Position numbers and translations under genes: made by a program
Assembly (NCBI RefSeq): GCF_019464535.1
Contig: NZ_CP080507.1
Location: 2,850,001 to 2,882,000, forward strand
Direction: 5' to 3'
DNA: 32,000 nucleotides
Source: Horticoccus luteus
Lineage (GTDB): Bacteria > Verrucomicrobiota > Verrucomicrobiia > Opitutales > Opitutaceae
Notes under the pieces: model-generated
The model's database searches: none
The model's input: the letters and a program-made list of their open reading frames with translations, nothing else
What the model was told of the DNA's origin: nothing
Part shown: positions 1 to 7,732 of the stretch, piece by piece
Layout of the letters: every line of letters starts with the position of its first letter
Numbering within the stretch: the stretch's first letter is position 1

Positions 1-1190
1 AAACCTTCCGCCAGCGCGCCGCCGCCGTCATCCAGGGCTACCGCACGCGCGACCTGACTTACCGCGCCTTCCGCAACGAGGAGCTTTCCCAATACCAGTC
101 CCTCTACGACCTCGCCGCCCAATACACCTACCTCGCCGTCCAGAGCTACGACTACGAGACCGGCCTCCTCGGCACCACCGCCGGCCAGAAGATCGTCGAC
201 GGCGTCATCAGCACCCGCTCGCTCGGCGACTTCAAGGACGGCCTGCCCGTCGCCACCACCGGCACCACCGGCGACGGCGGCCTCGCCGCCTTGCTCGCCC
301 GCCTGCAGAGCGATTGGTCCGTCGCGAAATCCCGCCTCGGCATCAACAACCCCGACAACTACGGCACCCTCTTCTCCCTGCGCCAGGAACTCTTCCGCGT
401 GCGCACCGATGCCGCCACCACCGAGGACGACAAAGCCTGGCAGCAGGTCCTCGAGCAGCACATCATGAGCAACGTCCTCAACGACCCCGACGTTGCCACC
501 TACTGCCGCAACATCCGCAAAGCCGACGGCTCCTCTGTCCCCGGCATCGTGATACCTTTCAGCACCACGATCGGCCAGGGCCTTAACTTCTTCGGCCGTC
601 CCCTCGCCGCCGGCGACCACGCTTACACCGCGTCGAACTTCGCCACGAAGATCTACTCCACCGGCCTCGTCCTCGACGGCTACGTCGGCATGGATCCCTA
701 CGCCATCGGCACGCCCAACGCCGGCAAGCCCGCCAGCTCCAATCCGAACGCCCTCAGCGCCACGCCCTACGTCTACCTCATCCCTGCCGGCCTCGACTCG
801 ATGTATATGCCGCCGCTCGGCGACAACGCCGTCGTCCGCACCTGGTCCGTCAAGGATCAAGCCATGCCGCTGCCCTTCAACCTCGGTGAGGACGTCTTTT
901 CGGCCAACGTGTTCTTCACGCCGCAAGGCACCGTGAACGAACAGTTCTGGATCACGCGCAAACACCAGGCCTTCCGCCCCGTCAGCGATCCCGCGTTTTT
1001 CTACAGCACGATGCCCGCCGAGTTCACCAACTCCCGCCTCGTCGGCCGCAGCGTGTGGAATACCCAGTGGAAACTCGTCATCCCCGCCAACACGCTGCTC
1101 GGCGACGAACAAGGCGGCCTCGACAAGTTCGTGCGCACCGTCTCCGACATCCGGCTCTTCCTGCGCACCTACTCCAATTCCGGCAACTGA
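1..1190 (+). CDS. C-terminal ~396 aa of a large protein of unknown function (5' end lies outside the window; codon phase starts at nt 3)
   Basis: Frame 3 is open from nt 3 (TFRQRAAAVIQGYRTRDLTYRAFRNEEL...) to the TGA at 1188-1190. The TTG at 291 in the ORF track is internal. Third positions are G/C-rich throughout. A helix-like N-part is followed by a beta-rich part ending ...LFLRTYSNSGN. I cannot assign any motif to a named family. Confidence 0.6.
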   Translation, partial: TFRQRAAAVIQGYRTRDLTYRAFRNEELSQYQSLYDLAAQYTYLAVQSYDYETGLLGTTAGQKIVDGVISTRSLGDFKDGLPVATTGTTGDGGLAALLARLQSDWSVAKSRLGINNPDNYGTLFSLRQELFRVRTDAATTEDDKAWQQVLEQHIMSNVLNDPDVATYCRNIRKADGSSVPGIVIPFSTTIGQGLNFFGRPLAAGDHAYTASNFATKIYSTGLVLDGYVGMDPYAIGTPNAGKPASSNPNALSATPYVYLIPAGLDSMYMPPLGDNAVVRTWSVKDQAMPLPFNLGEDVFSANVFFTPQGTVNEQFWITRKHQAFRPVSDPAFFYSTMPAEFTNSRLVGRSVWNTQWKLVIPANTLLGDEQGGLDKFVRTVSDIRLFLRTYSNSGN

Positions 1191-1735
1191 TGCCCCGCCC
1201 GCGCCTCATCGCCTTCGCCGCCGTGACCGCCGCCGTCGCCGTCGGGACTGCCGTGTATTTTTCTCAACGTCCGGCGCCCACCCCTGCGACCGTCGCTCCC
1301 GCCACCACTGCGCCCACGGCTCAAAGCCGCAGCGTCACCGTGACCGCCTCGCCCGAAGAAATATTCCGCCGCGCTTTCTGGCGCCACCCCGCCGCCGGCG
1401 ATCGCATCGTCCACGCCGACCGCCACGAATGGGTCGACGACGGACACGTGCAACGCTGGCAATGGTTCCTCGAAGTCCGCCCCGACCCGTCACTCCTGCA
1501 CGCGTTGCGCGACCCGGACACGTTCGGCCTCGTTTCCGCCGCGCCTTCCTCCGCCGTCGCCCAACCGTTGTCGCCGCCTTCGTGGTTTCCCTCCGCGGCG
1601 CAACGTCGCGGATACGAAGTTCTCCGCAGCCCCGCCGGCGGCCTGACCGTTTACTATCGCGCCGCCGATAATGTCCTTTTTGCCACCGATACCGGCCGCG
1701 GTTTCGCCGCTCCCGTCGTCGCCGTTTCCCGCTGA
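1190..1735 (+). CDS. Signal-anchored (single-pass) membrane protein, unknown function, 181 aa
   Basis: The ATG at 1190 overlaps the upstream stop (TGATG). MPRPRLIAFAAVTAAVAVGTAVYF is an N-terminal hydrophobic anchor, followed by a Pro/Thr/Ala linker and a Trp/His/Arg-rich globular part. Codon usage matches the neighbours. The track ORF upstream of 1190 overlaps gene 1 in another frame. No family recognised. Confidence 0.6.
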   Translation: MPRPRLIAFAAVTAAVAVGTAVYFSQRPAPTPATVAPATTAPTAQSRSVTVTASPEEIFRRAFWRHPAAGDRIVHADRHEWVDDGHVQRWQWFLEVRPDPSLLHALRDPDTFGLVSAAPSSAVAQPLSPPSWFPSAAQRRGYEVLRSPAGGLTVYYRAADNVLFATDTGRGFAAPVVAVSR

Positions 1736-1739
1736 AGCC

Positions 1740-4040
1740 ATGTTCTCCTCCCGTTCACTCCTCGTCGTCCTCTTCCTGCTGGCGGCATCCCGTCTCTGCG
1801 CTGCCGTCTCGCTCGTCGGTCAAGTGGGCACCCTTTTTCAAAGCGACGCCACCACGCCCATCCCCGCCGGCTCCATCGCGATCCTCGTCGCGGATACGAA
1901 CAAGACCAGCCATGCCGGCCTCGCCAATCCCGTTGGCACCACGCTGACCGTCGGCAGCTATCTCGGTGGCAACTCCGACGATCTTATCGTCGGACTTTAT
2001 TCAGCGAGCGACTTGGGCGGCGGCATCATCGGCGTCGACTTCGGCGGCACGACGTTGACCTACGGCGATTCATTCTCCGCTGGCACCGATCTCTGGCTGC
2101 TCTGGTTTCCCTCCCAATCCGTCGCCGGCGCCGTCCTCGGAGCGGGCGTTCCGTTCGGTTCCTATCGCTCGGACACCATCGATTTCGCGAGCGGCTCCGA
2201 CATCGCCTTCGTCGCCCCGCGCGACGGCTCAATTTCGTCGCTCTTCGCGTTCTCCGCGAGCACTGGCTACGGTCTCGCGTCTAACGCCGAGCTCAGCGCC
2301 ACCGCGCTGACCACCGCCACTCAGCCTCCGTCGGACCTGACGCTTTCGCGGCGCTCCTTCAACATCCTTGCCGGCGCCAACGCGTTCGTCGGTTCTCTCG
2401 CCACCACCGACGCGGACAGCACCGCGTTTTCCTACACGCTCGTGGCTGGCCCCGGCGATACCGACAACGCGCACTTCAACCTCTCCGGCGCCGCTCTCCG
2501 CGCTTCCGATCCTTCGTCCTTTTCCCTCGGCTCTTATTCGGTGCGCATCCAAACCGATGACGGCGACGGCGGCATTCTGGCGAAGACGTTCACCGTCACC
2601 GCCAGCTACGTTGGCGCGTATTTCGGCACGTTCGCCTCCGGCGGTTCCTGGGCCCTGCACGTCCGCGATGATAATTCGGCCGTCTTCCTCGCCTTCCTCC
2701 CTGCCCGCGGCAGCGTGCTCGTGGCGAATCTCACCCTCGCCTCCGATGGATCCTTCAGCGTCACCGATTCCGAGCTCACCGCCGACGGCGCAGTCCCCGT
2801 CGCAATCGGCGCCACCGGCCACCCCGCTTCTCCCGCCGCCAGCCTCTACACACTCTCCGGCTCGATTGGCGCGATGGGCACAGTGTCCGGCTCGATCACC
2901 GGAATCGGCGACACGCTGACCGGCACCCTCGCCCCCGCAACCGGCCCCGCGCAGAACTCCGCTGGCTTTTATTCCGCCTCCGCTCTCGGCACCGACCACG
3001 GCTCCACTTACACGATCGTCGGCGCTTCCGGCCAAGCCCTCATCGTTACCACCGGTGATACGTCCGTCGATGGCGCAACCGGCACCATCGACGCCCAAGG
3101 CCACCTCACCGCCACGACACAACAAAACGCCCAGCTCACGCTCGCGATCGATGCGTCCGGCCATTCCCTCACCGCCGACCTCACGCCCGCGGGCGCCTCG
3201 ACCCCGATTTCTTTCGCCGGCCTGTCCGACACGATCACCCCGGAGGCGCGCTTGGTAAATCTCTCCGTCCGCAGTGCGACGGGCACCGGCTCCGAAACTC
3301 TCATCGTCGGCTTTGTCGTCGGCGGCTCGGGCGACAAAACACTTCTGCTCCGCGGCATCGGACCCGGCCTCACCACGTTTGGCGTCACCAACGCCGTCGC
3401 GGATCCCGGCATGCACCTGTTCACCGGCACCAATGAAGTCGACGCCAACGACGACTGGGATGGCTCCGCCACGACCGCCCAAACCTTCGCGCGCGTCGGT
3501 GCGTTTCCCCTCACCGCTGGATCGAAGGATGCGTCGCTGCTCAGCCCCCTCTCGGCCGGTGTGTATTCGTTTCACATCTCCGCGAGCGCCGCCGCCTCGG
3601 GCGTGGCCCTCGCCGAGATCTACGACACCGATACCGCCGCCAGCACCACTCACCTCGTCAACATCTCCGCCCGCACGCAGGTCGGCAGCGGACAAAACAT
3701 TCTGATCGCCGGCTTCGTCGTCGGCGGCAACGCCCCCCAGACACTTCTTCTGCGCGGCGTCGGGCCGACGCTCGCCGGCTTCGGTGTGACCGGCACGTTG
3801 GCGGATCCTCAACTCGAACTCTTCCGCGACGGCACCTCGATCGCGCACAACGACAACTGGGGCGGCACGCCCGCGCTCAAAAATGCCTTCGCGCTCGTCG
3901 GCGCGTTTCCCTTCGGTTCCGATTCCAGTCAGGACGCCGCTCTTCTCGTCACGTTGCCCCCCGGCGTCTACAGCGCGCAAGTCTCCGGCGTCGCCGGAGC
4001 CACCGGCGTCGCCCTCGTGGAAATCTTCCTCCTCCCCTGA
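1740..4040 (+). CDS. Secreted multidomain surface/adhesin-like protein, 766 aa (signal peptide, cadherin-like repeat, two tandem C-terminal modules)
   Basis: The ATG at 1740 lies 4 nt after the previous stop. MFSSRSLLVVLFLLAASRLCAAVS is a Sec signal peptide. The segment encoded at about 2328-2600 has a bacterial cadherin-like signature (SYTLVAGPGDTDNAHFNLSG...VRIQTDDGDGG). Two homologous modules of about 130 aa sit at the C-terminus. The competing 657-aa antisense ORF is Arg/Gly/Ala-rich junk. Confidence 0.75.
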   Translation: MFSSRSLLVVLFLLAASRLCAAVSLVGQVGTLFQSDATTPIPAGSIAILVADTNKTSHAGLANPVGTTLTVGSYLGGNSDDLIVGLYSASDLGGGIIGVDFGGTTLTYGDSFSAGTDLWLLWFPSQSVAGAVLGAGVPFGSYRSDTIDFASGSDIAFVAPRDGSISSLFAFSASTGYGLASNAELSATALTTATQPPSDLTLSRRSFNILAGANAFVGSLATTDADSTAFSYTLVAGPGDTDNAHFNLSGAALRASDPSSFSLGSYSVRIQTDDGDGGILAKTFTVTASYVGAYFGTFASGGSWALHVRDDNSAVFLAFLPARGSVLVANLTLASDGSFSVTDSELTADGAVPVAIGATGHPASPAASLYTLSGSIGAMGTVSGSITGIGDTLTGTLAPATGPAQNSAGFYSASALGTDHGSTYTIVGASGQALIVTTGDTSVDGATGTIDAQGHLTATTQQNAQLTLAIDASGHSLTADLTPAGASTPISFAGLSDTITPEARLVNLSVRSATGTGSETLIVGFVVGGSGDKTLLLRGIGPGLTTFGVTNAVADPGMHLFTGTNEVDANDDWDGSATTAQTFARVGAFPLTAGSKDASLLSPLSAGVYSFHISASAAASGVALAEIYDTDTAASTTHLVNISARTQVGSGQNILIAGFVVGGNAPQTLLLRGVGPTLAGFGVTGTLADPQLELFRDGTSIAHNDNWGGTPALKNAFALVGAFPFGSDSSQDAALLVTLPPGVYSAQVSGVAGATGVALVEIFLLP
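3249..4037 (+). repeat. Intragenic tandem duplication of a ~130-aa module (copy A ~3249-3626, copy B 3651-4037; period 402 nt)
   Basis: Copy A reads RLVNLSVRSATGTGSETLIVGFVVGGSGDKTLLLRGIGPGLTTFGVTNAVADPGMHLF...NDDWDGS...VGAFPL...LSAGVYSFHIS...SGVALAEIYD. Copy B reads HLVNISARTQVGSGQNILIAGFVVGGNAPQTLLLRGVGPTLAGFGVTGTLADPQLELF...NDNWGGT...VGAFPF...LPPGVYSAQVS...TGVALVEIF. The similarity is also visible at nucleotide level (ggcttYgtcgtcggcggc...acacttctYctScgcggc). Confidence 0.85.
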
Positions 4041-4259
4041 CGCCCGCGTCGCCGGACCGGCGCTGCTCCGCGTGGGCCCCTCCACTCGCGTCGGCGGATG
4101 CCTGCAACCCCTTCGCGAATGATCCGTTGGCCGCAGAGTTCGAGCGGCCATGGTTCTTCGATCCGCGGCTGAACGTTTCGCCGGTCCGATCTCGAAAGAC
4201 ACACAGCCACCAATCCTCTGCCATTAATCAACCTCCGCAGGTTCCGCGGAAGTCTGATT

Positions 4260-4333
4260 TGGCTGCCCGACATGGATTCGAACCATGACTAGGCGAGTCA
4301 AAGTCGCCTGTGCTACCATTACACCATCAGGCA
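4260..4333 (-). tRNA. tRNA-Gln (anticodon UUG), 74 nt with encoded CCA
   Basis: The reverse complement folds as a cloverleaf. The acceptor stem is TGCCTGA/TCGGGCA (U1-A72, typical of bacterial tRNA-Gln) and the D stem is GTGT/GCAC. The anticodon stem is GGCGA/TCGCC with loop CTTTGAC (anticodon TTG). The T arm is CATGG-TTCGAAT-CCATG, followed by discriminator G and CCA. Confidence 0.93.
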
Positions 4334-4543
4334 GTGAGGTGAGGAGGGACTACGCTGCGACAGTGCTCACGTCGGTCAAGGCCGGAAACGCGCCGGTGAC
4401 AACATCCTGCACCCCTTCAAGCCGTTGAGCGCAATTTGCGCCTCCCGCGCCGGAGTTTTCTCCGCTCCCCACGCCGAAACGCCCCGTGCCGAGCGCCCGC
4501 AAAAACGGTTCGCTCCGCTCCCCGGCTTTTGTAACGTCGCGCC

Positions 4544-4942
4544 ATGGCCCTTTACCTTTGGATCACGTTGGGGAGCGCCCTCGGCGGTCTGGCGCGTTTC
4601 ATCGTCTCGGGCTTCGTGGCCGAGCGGATCGGCGAAACGTTTCCGTGGGGCACCCTCACCGTCAACGTCGCCGGCTCCTTCCTCATCGGCCTTTTCGCCA
4701 CCCTGACTTCCCCCGATGGTCGCGTGTTTGTCGGCCCCCACGCCCGGCAGTTTGTCATGACCGGCTTTTTCGGCGGCTTCACCACCTTCTCTTCTTTCAG
4801 CCTCCAGACTCTCATGCTCGCTCAAGACGGCGAATGGTGGCGCGCCGGCCTCAATGTCGGTGGCAACGTGACCTTCTGTTTGTTGGCCGTCTGGCTCGGA
4901 CACCTCACCGCCACGTGGATCAATACCCTCAAAGGCTCCTGA
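4544..4942 (+). CDS. crcB: Fluoride ion channel CrcB/FluC, 132 aa
   Basis: MALYLWITLGSALGGLARF..., GTLTVNVAGSFLIG and GFFGGFTTFSSFS are hallmark CrcB motifs. The protein has four hydrophobic segments. Confidence 0.92.
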   Translation: MALYLWITLGSALGGLARFIVSGFVAERIGETFPWGTLTVNVAGSFLIGLFATLTSPDGRVFVGPHARQFVMTGFFGGFTTFSSFSLQTLMLAQDGEWWRAGLNVGGNVTFCLLAVWLGHLTATWINTLKGS

Positions 4943-4944
4943 TC

Positions 4945-5301
4945 ATGGAACTCCCCACCGACTCCCTTTTGCTCCGCGTCTACCTCGGCGAATCCGACCG
5001 CCACGACGGCCGGCCACTCTACGAAGTGATAGTGCTGAAGGCGCGCGCGGCCGGTCTCGCCGGAGCCACCGTCCTCCGCAGCCCCATGGGCTTCGGGGCC
5101 GCGAGCCACTTGCACACGGCGAAAATCCTGCGCCTCTCCGCCGATCTCCCGATCGTCATCGAACTCGTCGACGCCGAAGCGAAGATCAACGCGTTCCTCC
5201 CGCAACTCGAACCGCTGATGGACGGAGGACTCATTACATTGCAGCCAGTCAAAGTCGTCCACTATCGCGCCGGCGCCCCCGACGTTTCGCCGTCCGCCTA
5301 A
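4945..5301 (+). CDS. DUF190-family (PII-like) protein commonly paired with crcB, 118 aa
   Basis: The ATG lies 2 nt after the crcB stop. LLLRVYLGESDRHDGRPLYEVIVLKARAAGLAGATVLRSPMGFG is the typical DUF190 signature. The longer track ORF (from 4486) overlaps crcB out of frame and is rejected. Confidence 0.8.
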   Translation: MELPTDSLLLRVYLGESDRHDGRPLYEVIVLKARAAGLAGATVLRSPMGFGAASHLHTAKILRLSADLPIVIELVDAEAKINAFLPQLEPLMDGGLITLQPVKVVHYRAGAPDVSPSA

Positions 5302-5370
5302 AGAGTTATCTGCCCGGACGCCTGCCGCGCGCTCGCGCGACCAACGCGCCTCGCTCCCTACCAAAACAGA

Positions 5371-5397
5371 AAACGCCCGCCGAGTAGGCGGACGTTT
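5371..5397. terminator. Candidate bidirectional intrinsic terminator between convergent genes
   Basis: aaacgcccgcc-gagta-ggcggacgttt forms an 11-bp stem with one C/A mismatch and a 5-nt loop. An A-run lies upstream (ccaaaacagaaa) and a T-rich tail downstream (tttcgttc), so it has a U-tract on either strand. Confidence 0.5.
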
Positions 5398-5454
5398 CGT
5401 TCATGACAGCGTGCGCTGGACACACGCGGAAGAGGTGCGAGGACGCCGAAGCGT

Positions 5455-5691
5455 TTACGGCACGCGAACTGCGCTGCGCGAGAGCGCCATCCAGCCGCCC
5501 ACGACCACGAGCACACCGCCCGCGACCATGAAGCCGACATGTTTGGGCGTGCGAGTGCCGCCGTCGACGGAGTTCGCGATGCTGGTGCCTGCGGTCGCCG
5601 CTTCGCCGGCGATCGAGTTTTTGCGTTGGTAGCCTTGGACGAAGAGCACAATGCCAACGATGAGGAGGATGATACCGAGGATGCGTTTCAT
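5455..5691 (-). CDS. Small two-TM membrane protein, DUF3185-like, 78 aa
   Basis: MKRILGIILLIVGIVLFVQGY...hydrophilic loop...FMVAGGVLVVVGGWMAL matches the DUF3185 architecture as I remember it. Codon bias is good. Confidence 0.6.
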   Translation of the reverse strand: MKRILGIILLIVGIVLFVQGYQRKNSIAGEAATAGTSIANSVDGGTRTPKHVGFMVAGGVLVVVGGWMALSRSAVRVP

Positions 5692-5825
5692 AGCGCCCTC
5701 ACTCTAATCTTTTTGACGACTTTCCCCTATCAGGCGCATTCCGCATTGGACAACGGGAAGTTACGCAAGTCCGGGTAGTGCAATTCGCCCGGCCCCACCC
5801 GCGAGCCACGGCGCCCCACCTGCCC

Positions 5826-6794
5826 TTAACCCAGCTCCTGCCGCAGACGCAGCAAGCCGATCAGCCCTTCGTCCCGCTGCGCCGCGAGCGCGTTGATCGA
5901 CCGCTCCCCTGCTTCCGCGCGCACGCCTCGGATGATCTGCTCTTTCACCTCCGGCGTCAGCTCCGGGCGCCCCAGATCTTCCCACCAGCGCGCAAACGGA
6001 CCCGACAGATGCTCCATGAAATGCTCCATCCCGCCTTGGCCGCCGCCGAGGTGCAGCACGAGATTTGGCCCCATCAACGCCCAGCGCAAACCCGGCCCCC
6101 AGCACACCGCCGCGTCGATGTCCTCCACGCTCGCCACTCCCTCCGCCGCGAGATGGACCGCCTCGCGCCACAACGCCGCCTGCAAACGATTCGCCACGTG
6201 TCCCGGCACCTCCTTGCGCAGACGCACCGTGTGCTTGCCCAGCCCCGTGTAAAACCTATCTGCCTCATCGAGCGCCTGCGGCGACGTTGCCCGCCCCCCC
6301 ACCAATTCCACCAGCGGGATCAAATGCGGCGGATTAAACGGATGCCCGATCAAGCAGCGCTCCGGATGCGCGCAACGCGCTTGAATCACACTCATCGTCA
6401 ATCCCGACGAACTTGATGCGAGCAACGTCTTCGCCGGCGCCAGCCGCCCCAACTCCGCGAAAAGTTCAATCTTCATCGCCTCGCGCTCCGGCCCGTTCTC
6501 CTGCACGAAATCCGCCGTCCCCACCGCCGTGCCCAGGTCCGGTGTAAACGCCAACCGCTCCCGCGCCGCGCCGGGCGCCACGCCCAGTCGCTCCAGCGCC
6601 GGCCACACGCGATCCACAAATTCCTGCAGCCCCTTCTCCGCCTGCGGTGCCGGATCCGTCGCGATCACCTCCAGCCCGCGCGCCAGAAAAAACGCCGCCC
6701 AACTGCACCCGATCAAACCCGTGCCGACGATTGCGACGCGCCGGATCGCCGGATCCGCAGGAGAGACCGCTGAAGTATTCATGAGCACCGTCAT
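5826..6794 (-). CDS. 3-hydroxyacyl-CoA dehydrogenase family protein, L-carnitine dehydrogenase (LcdH)-like, ~322 aa
   Basis: There is a Rossmann motif (VAIVGTGLIGCSWA), plus GHPFNPPHLIPLVELVGG, ANRLQAALWREAVHL and the LcdH-type tail GGGQGGMEHFMEHL. Start chosen at the ATG at 6794 (MTVLMNTS); the ATG at 6782 is an alternative. The upstream 49 codons of the track ORF are Arg-rich and unlikely to be coding. Confidence 0.8.
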   Translation of the reverse strand: MTVLMNTSAVSPADPAIRRVAIVGTGLIGCSWAAFFLARGLEVIATDPAPQAEKGLQEFVDRVWPALERLGVAPGAARERLAFTPDLGTAVGTADFVQENGPEREAMKIELFAELGRLAPAKTLLASSSSGLTMSVIQARCAHPERCLIGHPFNPPHLIPLVELVGGRATSPQALDEADRFYTGLGKHTVRLRKEVPGHVANRLQAALWREAVHLAAEGVASVEDIDAAVCWGPGLRWALMGPNLVLHLGGGQGGMEHFMEHLSGPFARWWEDLGRPELTPEVKEQIIRGVRAEAGERSINALAAQRDEGLIGLLRLRQELG

Positions 6795-6940
6795 GCCTGC
6801 GACGCCACGCGCCCCGCGGCGAGGTTTTCCTGCGCGGGGCTGCTGCGTTTGGTTTTTTGCAGCGCTCGCGCGGCGCACGCACCGCCGTGACCGCGGCGAT
6901 TTGATTTGCTCCGCCCCGGCGCGACGAAAGCGTCGGGGCA

Positions 6941-7732
6941 ATGATGTTTTTTTGGCTCAAGAAAGCGGTCTCCTACTTCCTGATGCCGCTGCCCTTTTCC
7001 CTGCTGTTGCTCACCGTGGGATTTATTTTCACCGCCTTCTCGCGCCGAAGCCGGCGCGGCTGGTTTTTTCTGCTCCTCGGATTTCTGACGCTCCTCCTCG
7101 CGAGCCACAAGCAGGTCGGCCTGCGTCTGCTCGCGCCGCTCGAGGCGGAATATCCCGCGGTCCCCGATCTCACTCCGCCCAACGCCATTCCTGCCGCGCT
7201 CGCCCGCTGCGAATTCATCGTCGTCCTCGGGGGCGGCCAGAGCGACAACCCCGCTTTTCCCGCTCTTCACTCCCTGAGCAGCAGCGCCTTTGCCCGCGCC
7301 GTCGAGGGTGCGCGCCTCGCCCGCGCGTTGCCCGCCGCCCGCGTCATCGTCTCCGGTCCCGCCGTCGCGCCCAACGAAAGCCACGCCAGCCGCCTCGCGC
7401 GCGCCATCGGCTCGCTCGCCATCGCGCGCGACCGCTTCGTCAAAATCGAGGATGCGCGCGACACCGAGGACGAGGCTAACGCCACCCGCGCGCTGGTCGG
7501 CGACGCCCCGGTCGCCCTCGTCACCTCTGCGTGGCACATGCCGCGCGCGATGGCCCTGTTTCGCGCCGCCGGCGTCAACGCGCTCGCGTGCCCGACCGAT
7601 TTTCAAGCGCGCCCCAACGTCGATTTTCGGTGGGATGACTGGACGTTCGATACCAGCGGTCTCGATCGCACGACGATGGCCGTGCATGAGCGGCTCGGAC
7701 TATGGTGGTTGCACCTCCGCGGGCGGATTTGA
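6941..7732 (+). CDS. DUF218 (ElyC/YdcF/SanA-like) envelope protein, 263 aa
   Basis: There are N-terminal TM segments, followed by the DUF218 hallmarks FIVVLGGG, DTEDEA and LVTSAWHMPRAMALF. Confidence 0.8.
   Translation: MMFFWLKKAVSYFLMPLPFSLLLLTVGFIFTAFSRRSRRGWFFLLLGFLTLLLASHKQVGLRLLAPLEAEYPAVPDLTPPNAIPAALARCEFIVVLGGGQSDNPAFPALHSLSSSAFARAVEGARLARALPAARVIVSGPAVAPNESHASRLARAIGSLAIARDRFVKIEDARDTEDEANATRALVGDAPVALVTSAWHMPRAMALFRAAGVNALACPTDFQARPNVDFRWDDWTFDTSGLDRTTMAVHERLGLWWLHLRGRI

Noticed and set aside
4129-4149. GGCCGC-9nt-GCGGCC hairpin after the secreted-protein gene, and a 5-bp hairpin downstream of the tRNA 3' end (~4234-4250).
   Set aside because: The stems are short with no adjacent U-tracts, which is too weak to call terminators.
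2229-4202. 657-aa ORF antisense to the secreted multidomain protein.
   Set aside because: It has Arg/Gly/Ala/Glu-rich low-complexity composition, no motifs, and the wrong third-position bias. It is a typical stop-free antisense frame of a high-GC gene, and the sense frame has a signal peptide and domain structure.
4334-4380. Possible sigma-70 promoter for tRNA-Gln (TTGACC on the minus strand, reverse complement of 4374-4379).
   Set aside because: There is no acceptable -10 hexamer at 16-18 nt spacing. The nearest TA-containing hexamer, TAGTCC, is 22 nt away.
4334-4543. Fluoride (crcB-motif) riboswitch expected upstream of crcB.
   Set aside because: I could not find the conserved GAUG / CUGAUGA / CCUAC elements by eye. 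This is reported as a negative observation only, and cmsearch is needed to be sure.
4486-4944. N-terminal 153 codons of the 271-aa ORF that ends as the DUF190 protein. The same applies to 7290-7787 for the DUF47 ORF and 1055-1189 for gene 2.
   Set aside because: These extensions overlap the upstream genes (crcB, DUF218, gene 1) in another frame and are Arg/Pro-rich. The family-typical N-termini begin at the internal ATGs.
6811-6860. 8-bp GC hairpin (gccccgcg...cgcggggc) followed by a T6 run, resembling an intrinsic terminator on the plus strand.
   Set aside because: No co-directional gene ends upstream of it, since it lies in the divergent LcdH-like/DUF218 promoter region. The T-run is offset by ~12 nt from the stem. 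It is more likely a 5'-UTR structure or chance.
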